Positions 45,677 through 55,566 of a stretch of DNA of 64,000 nucleotides are shown piece by piece. Origin of the DNA: Fibrobacteria bacterium (GTDB lineage Bacteria; Fibrobacterota; Fibrobacteria; UBA11236); NCBI GenBank assembly GCA_043732185.1, contig JAYTHY010000112.1, positions 76,376 to 140,375 of the forward strand, written 5' to 3'. The translations under genes and the position numbers were made by a program. Every line of letters starts with the position of its first letter. Positions within the stretch are counted from its first letter, which is position 1. Below the pieces are notes generated by a model. It did no database searches, was not told the origin of the DNA, and worked only from the letters and a program-made list of their open reading frames with translations.

Positions 45677-45684
45677 GTTTCACG

Positions 45685-46536
45685 ATGCGAATACTTTACT
45701 TCTCCTTCTCGGTTGCCTTTCTACTTGTGGCGTGTGCGCCTACAAAAAAGAATTTTTGCTCCCCAGACTACACTATCGATTTCAGCAAAGCCTTGCAATT
45801 TGCGGAACTGGCTGATATGGCGTATGCATCGGACTCTGCTATCGATCAATCTTGTGGCGCGGACAGCTGTTTCCATTTCAAAGGTCAAGCCACCGGCGCG
45901 CGGGCCTTCCTTCGCATCAATGACTCCACAAAAATCCAATGGTTGGCCTTTCGGGGTACGGCCAATTTATCGGATGTTAAGCTTGATGCGGAATATACGC
46001 AGAATCCAGACTCGGTTCTGCATATGCATTTACATAAAGGTTTTTCCGCTGCCACACGCGATTTGTACCCAGAATTACGCTCCCACTTGCGTCAAGGTTA
46101 TAAGACTAGAATCGCCGGACATAGCTTGGGTGGGGCAATAGCAGCTATCACAGGATTGTATTTACGCCAGGAAGGCTTTGCTGTGGAAGTGTACACATTT
46201 GGCCAGCCGAAGGTTACCAATATCGCCGGTGCCGCAAGGGCCGATTCTTTAAACCTGATTCGTTTTCTCAATGGCCAAGACATGGTGACACTCGTTCCGC
46301 CGCTAAGCTACAAGTCTGGAAACTTGGGCTCCTATGCGCATTTCGGCAAGGAAGTAGCCCTCATGGACGATAAAAATTATGAGTGCCTACAGGAGCATTT
46401 TCAAAAACGATATGACCCGGATTCTTGGTGGAATCAGGTCCAGGAGCAGGCTTTAAAGGATCATGGAATCGCCAATTATCTTGAAAAACTAAGAGCCTTG
46501 GTGCCCACTGCTCAAGCAATGTCCGAGCTTCCCTAA
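45685..46536 (+). CDS. Class 3 lipase lipoprotein
   Basis: Lipobox LVAC; AFRGT, LHKGF, GHSLGGA, YTFGQP and DMVTLVPP. Confidence 0.88.
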   Translation: MRILYFSFSVAFLLVACAPTKKNFCSPDYTIDFSKALQFAELADMAYASDSAIDQSCGADSCFHFKGQATGARAFLRINDSTKIQWLAFRGTANLSDVKLDAEYTQNPDSVLHMHLHKGFSAATRDLYPELRSHLRQGYKTRIAGHSLGGAIAAITGLYLRQEGFAVEVYTFGQPKVTNIAGAARADSLNLIRFLNGQDMVTLVPPLSYKSGNLGSYAHFGKEVALMDDKNYECLQEHFQKRYDPDSWWNQVQEQALKDHGIANYLEKLRALVPTAQAMSELP

Positions 46537-47633
46537 AATAGGGTTTTGCCGGTTACGGTATCGAAGAACTTGGCGGCGGGGCCATTGACTTTCAAGGCGA
46601 CCTCTTGGCCCGTCTGCCATTTCTCCCCGGCCACAACTCTGGCCGCCCAATCTATTTTTCCGGTTTGAAAGTATAAACAAATATTTCCTCCCAACCTTTC
46701 CACCACCCCTATCGTGCCTTTAATAGAAGGCGCAAAAGGGTGGCCATTGGCCTGATCGGAACCGATATCTTCGGGTCTTATTCCCATTAACACATCCTGC
46801 CCGGTAAGGGGTTGCAGGACTTTTGCTTGCTTTTCGCTCAGCGTGAGGCTAAACAATTCATGGAGGAACGTCGGCAAGCCTGCCACATGCCCCATTTTCC
46901 CTGAGAACAGGTTCATTCCCGGTGTGCCTATAAAGGACGCTACAAATGCATTGTTGGGGCTTTGGTAAAGCGTTTCTGGTTCGGCCACTTGCTGAATGCG
47001 GCCATCCTTAAGGACCACTACTCGGTTGCCCATGGTCATGGCTTCCACCTGATCATGGGTTACAAATATCATGGTTGCCTTAAGCTGTTGATGCAATCTG
47101 GAAATCTCGACGCGCATTTGAGCCCGCATTTTTGCATCCAGATTGGATAAGGGTTCGTCAAAAAGGAAAACTTTGGGTTGGCGCAAAATCGCCCGCCCTA
47201 ATGCAGCCCTTTGCCTCTGTCCTCCGCTCATTTCTCCAGGGTAACGTTGCAGTAACTCGAAAATGCCCAAAGTAGTGGCTACTGCTTCCACCCGCGCGCG
47301 GATTTCGGCCCGGGGTGTTTTGCGCAACTTAAGTCCAAAACCCATATTGTCGGCAATATTGAGATGCGGAAACAAAGCGTAATTCTGAAACATGACCGCC
47401 ATGTCCCTTTGCTTAGGTGGTAAGCCCACCAGTTCTTTTCCGTCCAAGGTGATGGAGCCGGCGCTTTCCTCTTCCAGGCCTGCGATGAGTCTTAGCAATG
47501 TTGATTTTCCGCAACCGGAAGGTCCTACAATGGTGACAAATTCGCCTTCGGCAATATCTAGATTAAAGTCGTCGAGCGCTTTTACTCCGCCGGGAAAGAT
47601 TTTGCCTAAGCCTGTTAGTTTCAATCGCGCCAT
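46533..47633 (-). CDS. CUT1 carbohydrate ABC ATPase (MalK/UgpC/MsmX-like)
   Basis: GPSGCGKST, MSGGQRQR and FDEPLSNLDA; C-terminal TOBE-like region. Confidence 0.92.
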   Translation of the reverse strand: MARLKLTGLGKIFPGGVKALDDFNLDIAEGEFVTIVGPSGCGKSTLLRLIAGLEEESAGSITLDGKELVGLPPKQRDMAVMFQNYALFPHLNIADNMGFGLKLRKTPRAEIRARVEAVATTLGIFELLQRYPGEMSGGQRQRAALGRAILRQPKVFLFDEPLSNLDAKMRAQMRVEISRLHQQLKATMIFVTHDQVEAMTMGNRVVVLKDGRIQQVAEPETLYQSPNNAFVASFIGTPGMNLFSGKMGHVAGLPTFLHELFSLTLSEKQAKVLQPLTGQDVLMGIRPEDIGSDQANGHPFAPSIKGTIGVVERLGGNICLYFQTGKIDWAARVVAGEKWQTGQEVALKVNGPAAKFFDTVTGKTLF

Positions 47634-47682
47634 AGCTACCTTATCTCAATTTTCCAGTTTGTAACTTTCAAGCTCAGCTGCT

Positions 47683-48525
47683 CTATTGCAAAGTAAGTTC
47701 TGAAAGCGAGGATTTGAAATGCTTTTGCACCAGCAAATACAGCATCGCCGTGGGCAACACGGTCAATGCCGAGCCCGCCATTAAAAGGCCATAGGGAATG
47801 TTCCGGCTGCTGCCATATAAACTGCTCAACGCCACGCCCGCGGTCATATGCAAATTGGAACTCAACATCACCAGTGGGATGAGATGTTCATGCCAAGCCA
47901 GAATAAAATGAATTAATCCGTATGCAACCAAGGCTGGTTTTACCAAAGGTAGGCAGACGAAAAATACACCATATTCCGTGGCTCCCTCGCTTCGCGCCAG
48001 ATCCAGTAATTCGTCCGGGAGCCGTTTGTACACCTGTGTGAAGTAAAGTATTCCAATTCCCGATACAGCTCCCGGTAATATCACCGACCATGGACCATCC
48101 AAAAGCCCTAAAACATTCATCCACGTGAAAATCGGCAGCACCATTACCTGCCTGGGTATAAGGACAACCAAAACAGCCAAAGCAAACAAGGCCCGCTTAC
48201 CGGCGAAGTTGTACTTGGCAAAGACAAATCCCGCTGATGCAGAAAATACCAAGGCCATGGCAGTTTGCCCGGAGGCGATGACCAAGGAGTTGAAAAACTG
48301 GCGAGGGTAGGGGATCCACTCTCCGGAAAACAATGTCTGGTAATGCCTAAAATGGATTTCTTCCGGCCACAGGGGAAAGGGTTTGAAAATTTCCGGGTTG
48401 GCTTTGAAGGTTGCGCACACCATCCAGAGAAATGGAAAGGCAAAAAGAGCACAGAGCAACAGCAAAAACCCTGTGGCAAGCAGGGCAGAGGTTCGGTGGC
48501 GCCGTGATGTGGAAGGATTAATCAT
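47683..48525 (-). CDS. Carbohydrate ABC permease (MalG-like)
   Basis: FPFLWMV, LPDELLDLARSEGA (EAA-like loop) and multiple TM segments. Confidence 0.9.
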   Translation of the reverse strand: MINPSTSRRHRTSALLATGFLLLLCALFAFPFLWMVCATFKANPEIFKPFPLWPEEIHFRHYQTLFSGEWIPYPRQFFNSLVIASGQTAMALVFSASAGFVFAKYNFAGKRALFALAVLVVLIPRQVMVLPIFTWMNVLGLLDGPWSVILPGAVSGIGILYFTQVYKRLPDELLDLARSEGATEYGVFFVCLPLVKPALVAYGLIHFILAWHEHLIPLVMLSSNLHMTAGVALSSLYGSSRNIPYGLLMAGSALTVLPTAMLYLLVQKHFKSSLSELTLQ

Positions 48526-49445
48526 ATCGAACCATTTGTACTTGAGAGATGAGATTCTTCATGGTTAATAATATTGTTCATGTTGGATCTGATGCGTTTG
48601 CGGCTAAGCAGCATAAACCAAACCACCAACATTAGCACCGGGACCATGGTAAAGCCCATGGCAGCGGCACTGCCGAAATTACCCAATGTGAAAGCTGTCA
48701 AATAGGTATAGGCGACCAGCAACAAACCAGCATCCATGGTTCCACCGGAACCGCCTAGAAGGATGTACCCGCCTTCAAACAAAACGAAAGCATCCAAAAA
48801 CAAAAAGATTGCCGCAAAAGCCAATACATGCGACAGCAAGGGCACGGTAACAAATCTGAAAATCTGCCAAGGACCAGCGCCTTCCGCGCGTGCCAAGTCG
48901 TAATAGGATTTGGGAATGCCCTCCATACCCGAGAGTAGAATCAAAGTGATAAACCCGGTCCAACGCCATAGTGTCAAAAGCATGAGTGAGAATTTAATGA
49001 CATGTGGGTCGCGGATCCAATCGACCATTGGAAGCCCCAATGGCGCTGCTATGAGACCGTTCAGCATCCCATGGGGCCCGTTAAAAATCAGAATATACAG
49101 AAAGGCCAGGACAGCTGGTGGAGTAAGTCCTGGCAGCATCAGGCAGAATAGAATGGCACTGCGAGAGCGGGTAAATGACTTTCGGAGAAGATGTGCCAGC
49201 GCAAGTGAAAATGACGTAACCACAAGAATGGACATGAGGGCGTATAGGCAGGTGTTCCCCAGTGCATGAAAAAAACGGTTGTCTTTGAGTAAATCAATAT
49301 AGTGTACGAACCCGACATAATACGGGTCGCCGAACAACGTATCGCTCTGGAGGCTGAGGTGAAATCCCATGGCAATCGGTATCAACCAAAAGGCTACAAG
49401 GGCAAGGAAAAATGGGATCAGTAGAAAAATCGGCAGCGGCCGCAA
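48522..49445 (-). CDS. Carbohydrate ABC permease (MalF-like)
   Basis: LWRWTG, GIPKSYYDLARAEGA and TM segments. Start uncertain (TTG 49445 or CTG 49517). Confidence 0.88.
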   Translation of the reverse strand: MRPLPIFLLIPFFLALVAFWLIPIAMGFHLSLQSDTLFGDPYYVGFVHYIDLLKDNRFFHALGNTCLYALMSILVVTSFSLALAHLLRKSFTRSRSAILFCLMLPGLTPPAVLAFLYILIFNGPHGMLNGLIAAPLGLPMVDWIRDPHVIKFSLMLLTLWRWTGFITLILLSGMEGIPKSYYDLARAEGAGPWQIFRFVTVPLLSHVLAFAAIFLFLDAFVLFEGGYILLGGSGGTMDAGLLLVAYTYLTAFTLGNFGSAAAMGFTMVPVLMLVVWFMLLSRKRIRSNMNNIINHEESHLSSTNGSI

Positions 49446-49513
49446 CCGCCGGCTTTTCCCTGCTGGGCGGCTTGGACGTTCTAAACTACGGCCACCTGCA
49501 GGGCTGGAAACAG

Positions 49514-50776
49514 TCAGGGCTTGGTCCCACTGGAAAGTAATTCCGCTTTGAGATCATGGAATAGTTTTTCTGGCGCAATGCCGGTCATCATCAAACTATT
49601 CCAATATTTTTCTCTAAATAAATTCACAAAAGGCGCTCGGTAGGGAGACTGCACAACATAGGGAACGCGTGGTGCCAGTTCCATCAAGAGGCTCGCCAGG
49701 CTTTGCCCACCAAAGTAGGGCTCGGGCTTGTTGAACCTGGGATCGGTCCAGGCACCGCGATAGGGCGTAAAGCAATTGCCTTCCACATAACGTTCCACAT
49801 TGGCGTCGATATCGGACATGACCCATTCGATGAATTTCCAAGCTCTATCCACTTGGGTGCTTTTCTTGAAAATGACCAGTCCCTGTCCGGAAAAGCTGGA
49901 AGTGGGATTCTGTCCGTGAGAAAGCGAATCTGTCCAAACGGGCATGGCCATAGCTCGCCATTTGCCCTTATGCAGAGGGTCTAAACCTTGTATCATGTCC
50001 AGTCCATACCAATCCGCTCCTAGCACCGCCAGGACGCCGTTGTTGGCAACATATGAATTGAAAAACTCAGGTTCGAAAATAGATCCACGGTCCGGAGTCA
50101 TGCCGACGCTGTCTTTAGTCCAGCCCAGCAGTTTTCTCAACGTCTCGACGGCTATGGCAGAATCAGGGAGTGGATTACCGGCGCTATCGAAAAGTTCATA
50201 GCCGCGTTGCCGCATCATAATTTCAAAATAGGACCAATCCATGGCCATCATTTTTCGGGTGGGAGTGTGAACCTTTTTGGAAACCGCTTCCAGTTTCGGC
50301 CAGGTGTCAATGCTCTTGGGAGTTATTCCCAGGTCCTTGAAAATATCGGCGCGATAATACAAAACCACATTACTCACGCTTTGGGGCAGACCGTATATTT
50401 TATCCTTCCAGGTGAACAATCCCATGCGTTGCGGCAAAATGGCTTCATCTAATTTGGCCTTTTTTACCCGACCAGTCAAGTCAACAAACGGGATTTGCCC
50501 ACGCAGATATAAGCTGAAATAGATCTCATCCAATTGCACGATGTCTGGCGGATTGATTCCCGTTTTAATGGCTATGGCGAGCTTATCCGGCATTTCTGTA
50601 AAGCCATAGGAATGAACATTGGCTTCAAAGGTTTTATCAACCTTGGATTGATAGGTTTTGATCATGTTCAGGTAATACTTCTCGTCGCTCTGCGAGTTCA
50701 CCCAGAATTCGATAGGCTTTGCCCATACGGAGCAGGCCAGTAAACTGCCGAGCGTGAGTGGCTTAATAAAACGCAT
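49514..50776 (-). CDS. Carbohydrate ABC substrate-binding protein
   Basis: Signal peptide; PPDIVQLD, IYGLP..LYYRADIF and AWKFIEW. AGGAG lies 9 nt before ATG 50776. Confidence 0.88.
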   Translation of the reverse strand: MRFIKPLTLGSLLACSVWAKPIEFWVNSQSDEKYYLNMIKTYQSKVDKTFEANVHSYGFTEMPDKLAIAIKTGINPPDIVQLDEIYFSLYLRGQIPFVDLTGRVKKAKLDEAILPQRMGLFTWKDKIYGLPQSVSNVVLYYRADIFKDLGITPKSIDTWPKLEAVSKKVHTPTRKMMAMDWSYFEIMMRQRGYELFDSAGNPLPDSAIAVETLRKLLGWTKDSVGMTPDRGSIFEPEFFNSYVANNGVLAVLGADWYGLDMIQGLDPLHKGKWRAMAMPVWTDSLSHGQNPTSSFSGQGLVIFKKSTQVDRAWKFIEWVMSDIDANVERYVEGNCFTPYRGAWTDPRFNKPEPYFGGQSLASLLMELAPRVPYVVQSPYRAPFVNLFREKYWNSLMMTGIAPEKLFHDLKAELLSSGTKP

Positions 50777-50860
50777 ATCCAAAGTCTCCTTTAGTTTCCT
50801 TCGTACTTACTTAAAATTACCAATATGCGGCCATCTGCGGGGATGATTACTTTTTGCCAA

Positions 50861-52015
50861 TTAGAGGCGACAGGATACTTCCCCTGTGGGTAGAACGCCT
50901 AACCAAACTCCCATCCCCATTTTGGCGTGTTCGGATCCCAAGACTGGGACTACGCCTGTTTCCGGTTGCAGGATAATTTTTATTTGATACTCGAGAGGAT
51001 CTCGTAAGTAGGCATCAATCAGCTCGCGTACTTGGGCTAGCAAGGGTATCTCATTCTCCGCAGATTGGGTACCGCTAAGTTGAGCGGGATCCGAATCGCC
51101 GTTGGCTGAAGAATTAGGAGTAGCCGGCAAAAAACGATTGAAAAGGGAACGGGACAGTGGGCCAATTTCAACCGTGAACCGAGACTGACAATCCTGCATC
51201 ATGTCACCCAGGCGGGTGGATTTGCCCAATGCAACCTGGGCCTGCCCCAGGCAGGTTTTAACTGGAATTTCAACCCAGGAGGATTCAAACTCACGAATTT
51301 TAACTAGTGGGAATCCAAAATATCCGCGTAGCAATTGCTGTAAGCCTTTGGCCGATCGCACTCTATTTCCCAGGAATCTGGCATACGGAATGCGCTTGAG
51401 ATGGAAATCTGAGACGGGTGATGAACCTTGATTTTTGCCTTGGCGACGGGGCCATTGCCCAGTCAACGCCAAGAGCCGAAGTGTGTAATCATCCGGGCGA
51501 TCGGGAATAAACTGGGAATAATGGCGGTATTTCTTCCAGGAACGATAAAACAAGGAGTAAAGCCGATGGGTAAAAATATCCAGGAACTTCTTCAGTTCAA
51601 AATATTCAATTTTTTTTAATGTGATTGGGTCGACAAAATAGGACGGTAACGGAGAAGATACCCCGTATAGGCCCATAAATGTCAATATCATACGCAGGGG
51701 GCCTTCCCCCAATTTGGGGAGTTCCAGCAATGGAGGGATATCTTTAGCGGTGATCACTGGTCCATCATTGTCCTTGCCCGCTTCCAATTTCTCGGCTTGA
51801 CGTTTAAAGGACTGCGGGGGCAGTACAGCGGAAATTTCCGAAGCCGGAAAGCCCAGGGTATTCAGCGTTTCAAAACGAATGGGTTCTGAAAGCATATCAT
51901 CACCGGTTCCAACCCTTCCGGCACCGGAAAATAACCGCTCCAGCAAATATGCGGCTTGAAAAAAATTGAGTTCGTTCCCCTCTTCCAGGAAAACTTTGTT
52001 TAAATCAAGTGGCAT
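50861..52015 (-). CDS. tssG: T6SS baseplate subunit TssG
   Basis: FFQAAYLLE, LGFPASEI, FMGLYGVSSPLP, FLDIFTHRL..LFYRSWKKY and RSAKGL; overlaps tssF. Confidence 0.93.
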   Translation of the reverse strand: MPLDLNKVFLEEGNELNFFQAAYLLERLFSGAGRVGTGDDMLSEPIRFETLNTLGFPASEISAVLPPQSFKRQAEKLEAGKDNDGPVITAKDIPPLLELPKLGEGPLRMILTFMGLYGVSSPLPSYFVDPITLKKIEYFELKKFLDIFTHRLYSLFYRSWKKYRHYSQFIPDRPDDYTLRLLALTGQWPRRQGKNQGSSPVSDFHLKRIPYARFLGNRVRSAKGLQQLLRGYFGFPLVKIREFESSWVEIPVKTCLGQAQVALGKSTRLGDMMQDCQSRFTVEIGPLSRSLFNRFLPATPNSSANGDSDPAQLSGTQSAENEIPLLAQVRELIDAYLRDPLEYQIKIILQPETGVVPVLGSEHAKMGMGVWLGVLPTGEVSCRL

Positions 52016-53751
52016 CGGCCTTCCCGTGGGGGCAATGTGAAGCCCTTTCCAGAAGGTTGCAGCAGCACCTTCAAAGATATGAGATGATTTATAGAGCTAT
52101 AGAGCGTAAAAAACTCAAGTAATACGCGGGCAAAGATATGCAGCTCCCCAGTTTCGGCAAAGGCCCCGTCCCTGATTTCCACGGTAATTTCCGCTCCCGA
52201 TACCAATTGCGAATCGAGCAGAAAATTCTTTTTCCCTGTCGAAGCTCCAAGCACACCGTCTATGAATTTCCGGTTCACGGCGCTATGCGTCCAATCATAA
52301 AGCGAAAGAATTTCTTTCAGGTTTCCTTTTTGGCACAAAGAACGGTAATTCATATTCATGTGCGACAGCACATACCATAAATAATGGTCAGACTTGGGAG
52401 GATACACTGGGACGGTGGGTCGGGTAAAATTGTAGAATTCACAAAATCCAGGGAAATCTGCGCCGGGATTCACAATTCCTTTTTCTAAAATAGCCTCACG
52501 CGGAATGGACCCATTAGTAGCAAGTATAGTTACGGAAAGGAATTCCTCTGCTAATTCCGCCACAGGTTTTTGCGTTCCTACGGATATATAGGTTTGAAAT
52601 TGATTCTTACCTTGACTCTCTTGACGCGTCTGCCAGTAGGAATCCATTGCCTCGCTGCCTTTAGCCAGGATTTGATGGCGAAATTCATTGAACTTTTGAA
52701 AGGGACGCTGTTGACCGGTATTTTTGTCCACGCCAATCACCGATTGAACCTCATAGATTTCCATCTGGTGTTTGTTATCCGCATAGCATCGATATTCAAA
52801 ATGTTTTTGATTGACGTTAATGGGTTCGCTTTGGGTTTGGTAGATGTTTACTATGGGTGTGGCATGGATTTTAAAATTCTCGATTTTAAACCGCTTGCCA
52901 TCAGGAATGGGCTCAAGGAAGTAAAACGTTAAGGTGAACTGGCGCGTTTTTGCCATGAGGCTGATTTTGTCGAGGTTTTTAACTTTGATAAAGCGGAACT
53001 TTTCTTCAAAGGCAAAGAACTCCTGCAGAAAGCGGCTGCCTTCAAAGGAATTGTCCAATTGTGGCAATAGGCTTTCGTTTTCCCCAAAGCCGCCTGGCTC
53101 TATCAATTCCTGGCCACCCAAGATTTCCGTATATCCATCGCCTTCCAATATGATTTTGGAAATCCGTTCCGTGAAAAAGTAATGCAGAAAATAGCCGAGT
53201 GTGCGTTCGCCATGTAGGAAAATCGGGAGTTCCGGAATCTTGAGCTGGGCCAGGTCCGCGCCTTTGTCCAATTGGAAACCCAAACTGATACCTTCTCCAT
53301 AGATGGGATGATGCTGCATCTCGGCTGTCTTCAAAACCAAGGGATAGATGGTAACATCCTGGGTACTCTGGAAGCGGCAAATTGTGAGGTCCGACCCCAC
53401 TGGATTGGATAGGAAAATGGTCCCGCGTTGGATGACATGGGGTTTGGACAACATGTTTTCGCGGAATACCATTTGCAGCATGGCCAGCGAGGGGATGCAG
53501 CGCAAAAAGGCCGGGTCCACCATTTCCATCAGATTCTGAGAAAATTCTGGGAAGTCATCTTCCAATTTCTGACGGATGCGACCGGTTAGGAATGCAAATC
53601 CCTCGAAAAGTCGCTCAACATAGGGATCCCGGTCTTCCAGCGTGGTGATATTGAGGTAACGCGCACGTTCCGGGAAAGCTTCGGCGAATTCTTTCCCGCC
53701 TTCGGCTAGAAAGCGCAGTTCTTCATCGTAAAATTTTTCGTAATCAGACAT
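52000..53751 (-). CDS. tssF: T6SS baseplate subunit TssF
   Basis: YDEELRFL..EFAEAFP..DPYVERLFEGFAFL..KLEDDFPE, LQEFFAF and TPIVN. AGGAG lies 8 nt before ATG 53751. Confidence 0.95.
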   Translation of the reverse strand: MSDYEKFYDEELRFLAEGGKEFAEAFPERARYLNITTLEDRDPYVERLFEGFAFLTGRIRQKLEDDFPEFSQNLMEMVDPAFLRCIPSLAMLQMVFRENMLSKPHVIQRGTIFLSNPVGSDLTICRFQSTQDVTIYPLVLKTAEMQHHPIYGEGISLGFQLDKGADLAQLKIPELPIFLHGERTLGYFLHYFFTERISKIILEGDGYTEILGGQELIEPGGFGENESLLPQLDNSFEGSRFLQEFFAFEEKFRFIKVKNLDKISLMAKTRQFTLTFYFLEPIPDGKRFKIENFKIHATPIVNIYQTQSEPINVNQKHFEYRCYADNKHQMEIYEVQSVIGVDKNTGQQRPFQKFNEFRHQILAKGSEAMDSYWQTRQESQGKNQFQTYISVGTQKPVAELAEEFLSVTILATNGSIPREAILEKGIVNPGADFPGFCEFYNFTRPTVPVYPPKSDHYLWYVLSHMNMNYRSLCQKGNLKEILSLYDWTHSAVNRKFIDGVLGASTGKKNFLLDSQLVSGAEITVEIRDGAFAETGELHIFARVLLEFFTLYSSINHLISLKVLLQPSGKGFTLPPREGRCHLI

Positions 53752-53773
53752 GGACCCTGCTCCTAGCCGGCCG

Positions 53774-54217
53774 TCAAGCCGAACGTCCCCGTAAAGGCTG
53801 CACCTTTGACTCGCCGGTGCTGGTGAAACTGGTTTGAAAGGAAATACGCTCGCCACCTTTTACAGAAGCGCTTAGCTCAAAACTTATTCGAAATTCCAAT
53901 GGGGTGGTGGGGATTGGTCGTATGCGAACTCGGTCCAGCCTGGGCTCGTATTTGGTAATGAGCGCGAGAATGGTTTGCTCCAACTCCTTTAGACTCAAGG
54001 GAAGCTTGCGGTAGATTTCCGTGATATCCGGCAACCCGTAATCCGGAAGGTGGGGAACGGAACCTTGACGCGTGTTGAACATGCGCCATAGATGATCGGA
54101 GATGCTTTTGGCACGCCGGAATTCTCTTGGTACAGCTTCAATGGCCGTTCCATCGGCATATTGATCAGCCAGTTTTTCGAAAAGTCCTTCAGACCAGGAA
54201 GCTTTAGGATTCGCCAT
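53774..54217 (-). CDS. tssE: T6SS baseplate subunit TssE (gp25-like)
   Basis: SISDHL..MFNTRQG....PDYGLPD...I.KYEPRL. Start placed at MANPKAS because the longer ORF runs through terminator hairpins. Confidence 0.9.
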   Translation of the reverse strand: MANPKASWSEGLFEKLADQYADGTAIEAVPREFRRAKSISDHLWRMFNTRQGSVPHLPDYGLPDITEIYRKLPLSLKELEQTILALITKYEPRLDRVRIRPIPTTPLEFRISFELSASVKGGERISFQTSFTSTGESKVQPLRGRSA

Positions 54218-54268
54218 GTTTGAGAAAAAATAGCAATTCTGAGCAGTCTTAAATTTCGCTTGGCCTTG

Positions 54269-54304
54269 AAAAAGCCGAAGCCGGAAGGATGTCCTACCGG
54301 CTTC
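54269..54304 (-). terminator. Probable intrinsic terminator downstream of the hcp pair
   Basis: Minus strand GAAGCCGG-tAGGAcaTCCTt-CCGGCTTC-ggcTTTTT. A second 8-bp hairpin, GTCCGGTG/CACCGGAC, lies at 54333-54360. Confidence 0.6.
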
Positions 54305-54395
54305 AAAGAGGTCACAACCCAGTCCCGCTAGAGTCCGGTGACGTGGCGACCCCACCGGACAAATCGAGGCATTGAATTTTTAATGGAAAACAGTT

Positions 54396-54884
54396 TTAGA
54401 CGACAGGGGCTTCCCAGTCATCATCAGCCATGATGCCGCCGTCGATCCAATTCCATTCGATTTTCTGATACGTGAAGGCCACTTCCTCAAATTCAGCGAA
54501 TTTCATCTGGTCGGGATGCTTGTTATTGGCCATGCGGAAAGCGATGGAGGCAATATTGGCATTCGTCAGCTTGACGGTATAATGCTGCTTCTCTGCGCCG
54601 GTTGACGAAGGAGTCCAGAATTGCAACTCCCATTCCGTAATGTTTTCGTTGTTCACAAGCGTGTTGTAAAGCAAAGGGGAAGACTTGTCCAACTCTTTGG
54701 TAATGACAAAGGGCTTGTGCATACGTTTACCGGTTGGCAAACCGGAAGCATGATCTCTGGGTGAAATGATTTCATGTGAAACCGCGATGACGGCGATTTT
54801 ACCTTCACGACCCTTTTGAGTGACCGAACCCTTAAGTTCGCCCTGCTTTTGACCCTTTAATTTCAAGTAGGCATTCAATGCCAT
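54396..54884 (-). CDS. hcp: T6SS tube protein Hcp/TssD (copy 2)
   Basis: AYLKLKGQKQG, SGLPTGKRMHKPF.ITKELDKSSPLL and EEVAFTYQKIEW; AGGAG RBS. Confidence 0.96.
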   Translation of the reverse strand: MALNAYLKLKGQKQGELKGSVTQKGREGKIAVIAVSHEIISPRDHASGLPTGKRMHKPFVITKELDKSSPLLYNTLVNNENITEWELQFWTPSSTGAEKQHYTVKLTNANIASIAFRMANNKHPDQMKFAEFEEVAFTYQKIEWNWIDGGIMADDDWEAPVV

Positions 54885-55000
54885 AGTACTGCTCCTGTGT
54901 AAAAAATTTGGTTAATCGATTGTTAAAAGAACTCTGATTTTGATTTCCTGGGCAATGTACTGCGTCATACCCAGGTTTTATTTCCTGATTCCCTACAGGA

Positions 55001-55492
55001 TTAGCCGGATACTGGTGCTTCCCAATCGTCCATTGCAGTGATGCCGCCATCATTCCAATGCCATTCGATTTTCTGGTAAGTGAAAGCCACCTCTTCATAT
55101 TCGGCGAACTTCATCAGGTCGGGATGCTTATTATTAGCCATTCGGAAGGCTATGGAGGCAATATTGGCATTCGTCAACTTGATGGTGTAGTGCTGCTTCT
55201 CTGCGCCAGTCGAGGAAGGGGTCCAGAACTGAAGCTCCCATTCGGGAATGTTTTCATTGTTCACGAGTACATTGTAAAGGAGGGGAGTGGACTTGTCCAA
55301 CTCCTTGGTGATGGTAAAAGGCTTATGCATGCGCTTACCGGTAGGCAGGCCGGATGCAGCATCACGAGGTGAAACGATTTCATGTGAAACCGCGATGACG
55401 GCGATTTTGCCCTCGCGCCCTTTTTGGGTTACGGAACCCTTGAGCTCGCCTTGTTTTTGTCCCTTCAACTTAAGGTATGCGTTCAATGCCAT
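55001..55492 (-). CDS. hcp: T6SS tube protein Hcp/TssD (copy 1)
   Basis: Same motifs as copy 2; AAGGAG RBS. Confidence 0.96.
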   Translation of the reverse strand: MALNAYLKLKGQKQGELKGSVTQKGREGKIAVIAVSHEIVSPRDAASGLPTGKRMHKPFTITKELDKSTPLLYNVLVNNENIPEWELQFWTPSSTGAEKQHYTIKLTNANIASIAFRMANNKHPDLMKFAEYEEVAFTYQKIEWHWNDGGITAMDDWEAPVSG

Positions 55493-55566
55493 GTTAGTAC
55501 TCCTTTGTGTAACTGAGAGGGTTGTGTGTGTGATGAAATATAGTTCATCTTTTTCTCTCTTTCCTT

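Noticed and set aside
45685..46536. Class 3 lipase as a T6SS Tle effector
   Set aside because: It has a Sec lipoprotein signal (LVAC), no adjacent vgrG, PAAR or immunity gene, and lies on the opposite strand beyond the ABC operon.
53752..54355. Longer ORF-track starts for tssF (53856) and tssE (54355)
   Set aside because: The extensions overlap the neighbouring gene or terminator hairpins, and family homology begins at 53751 and about 54217.
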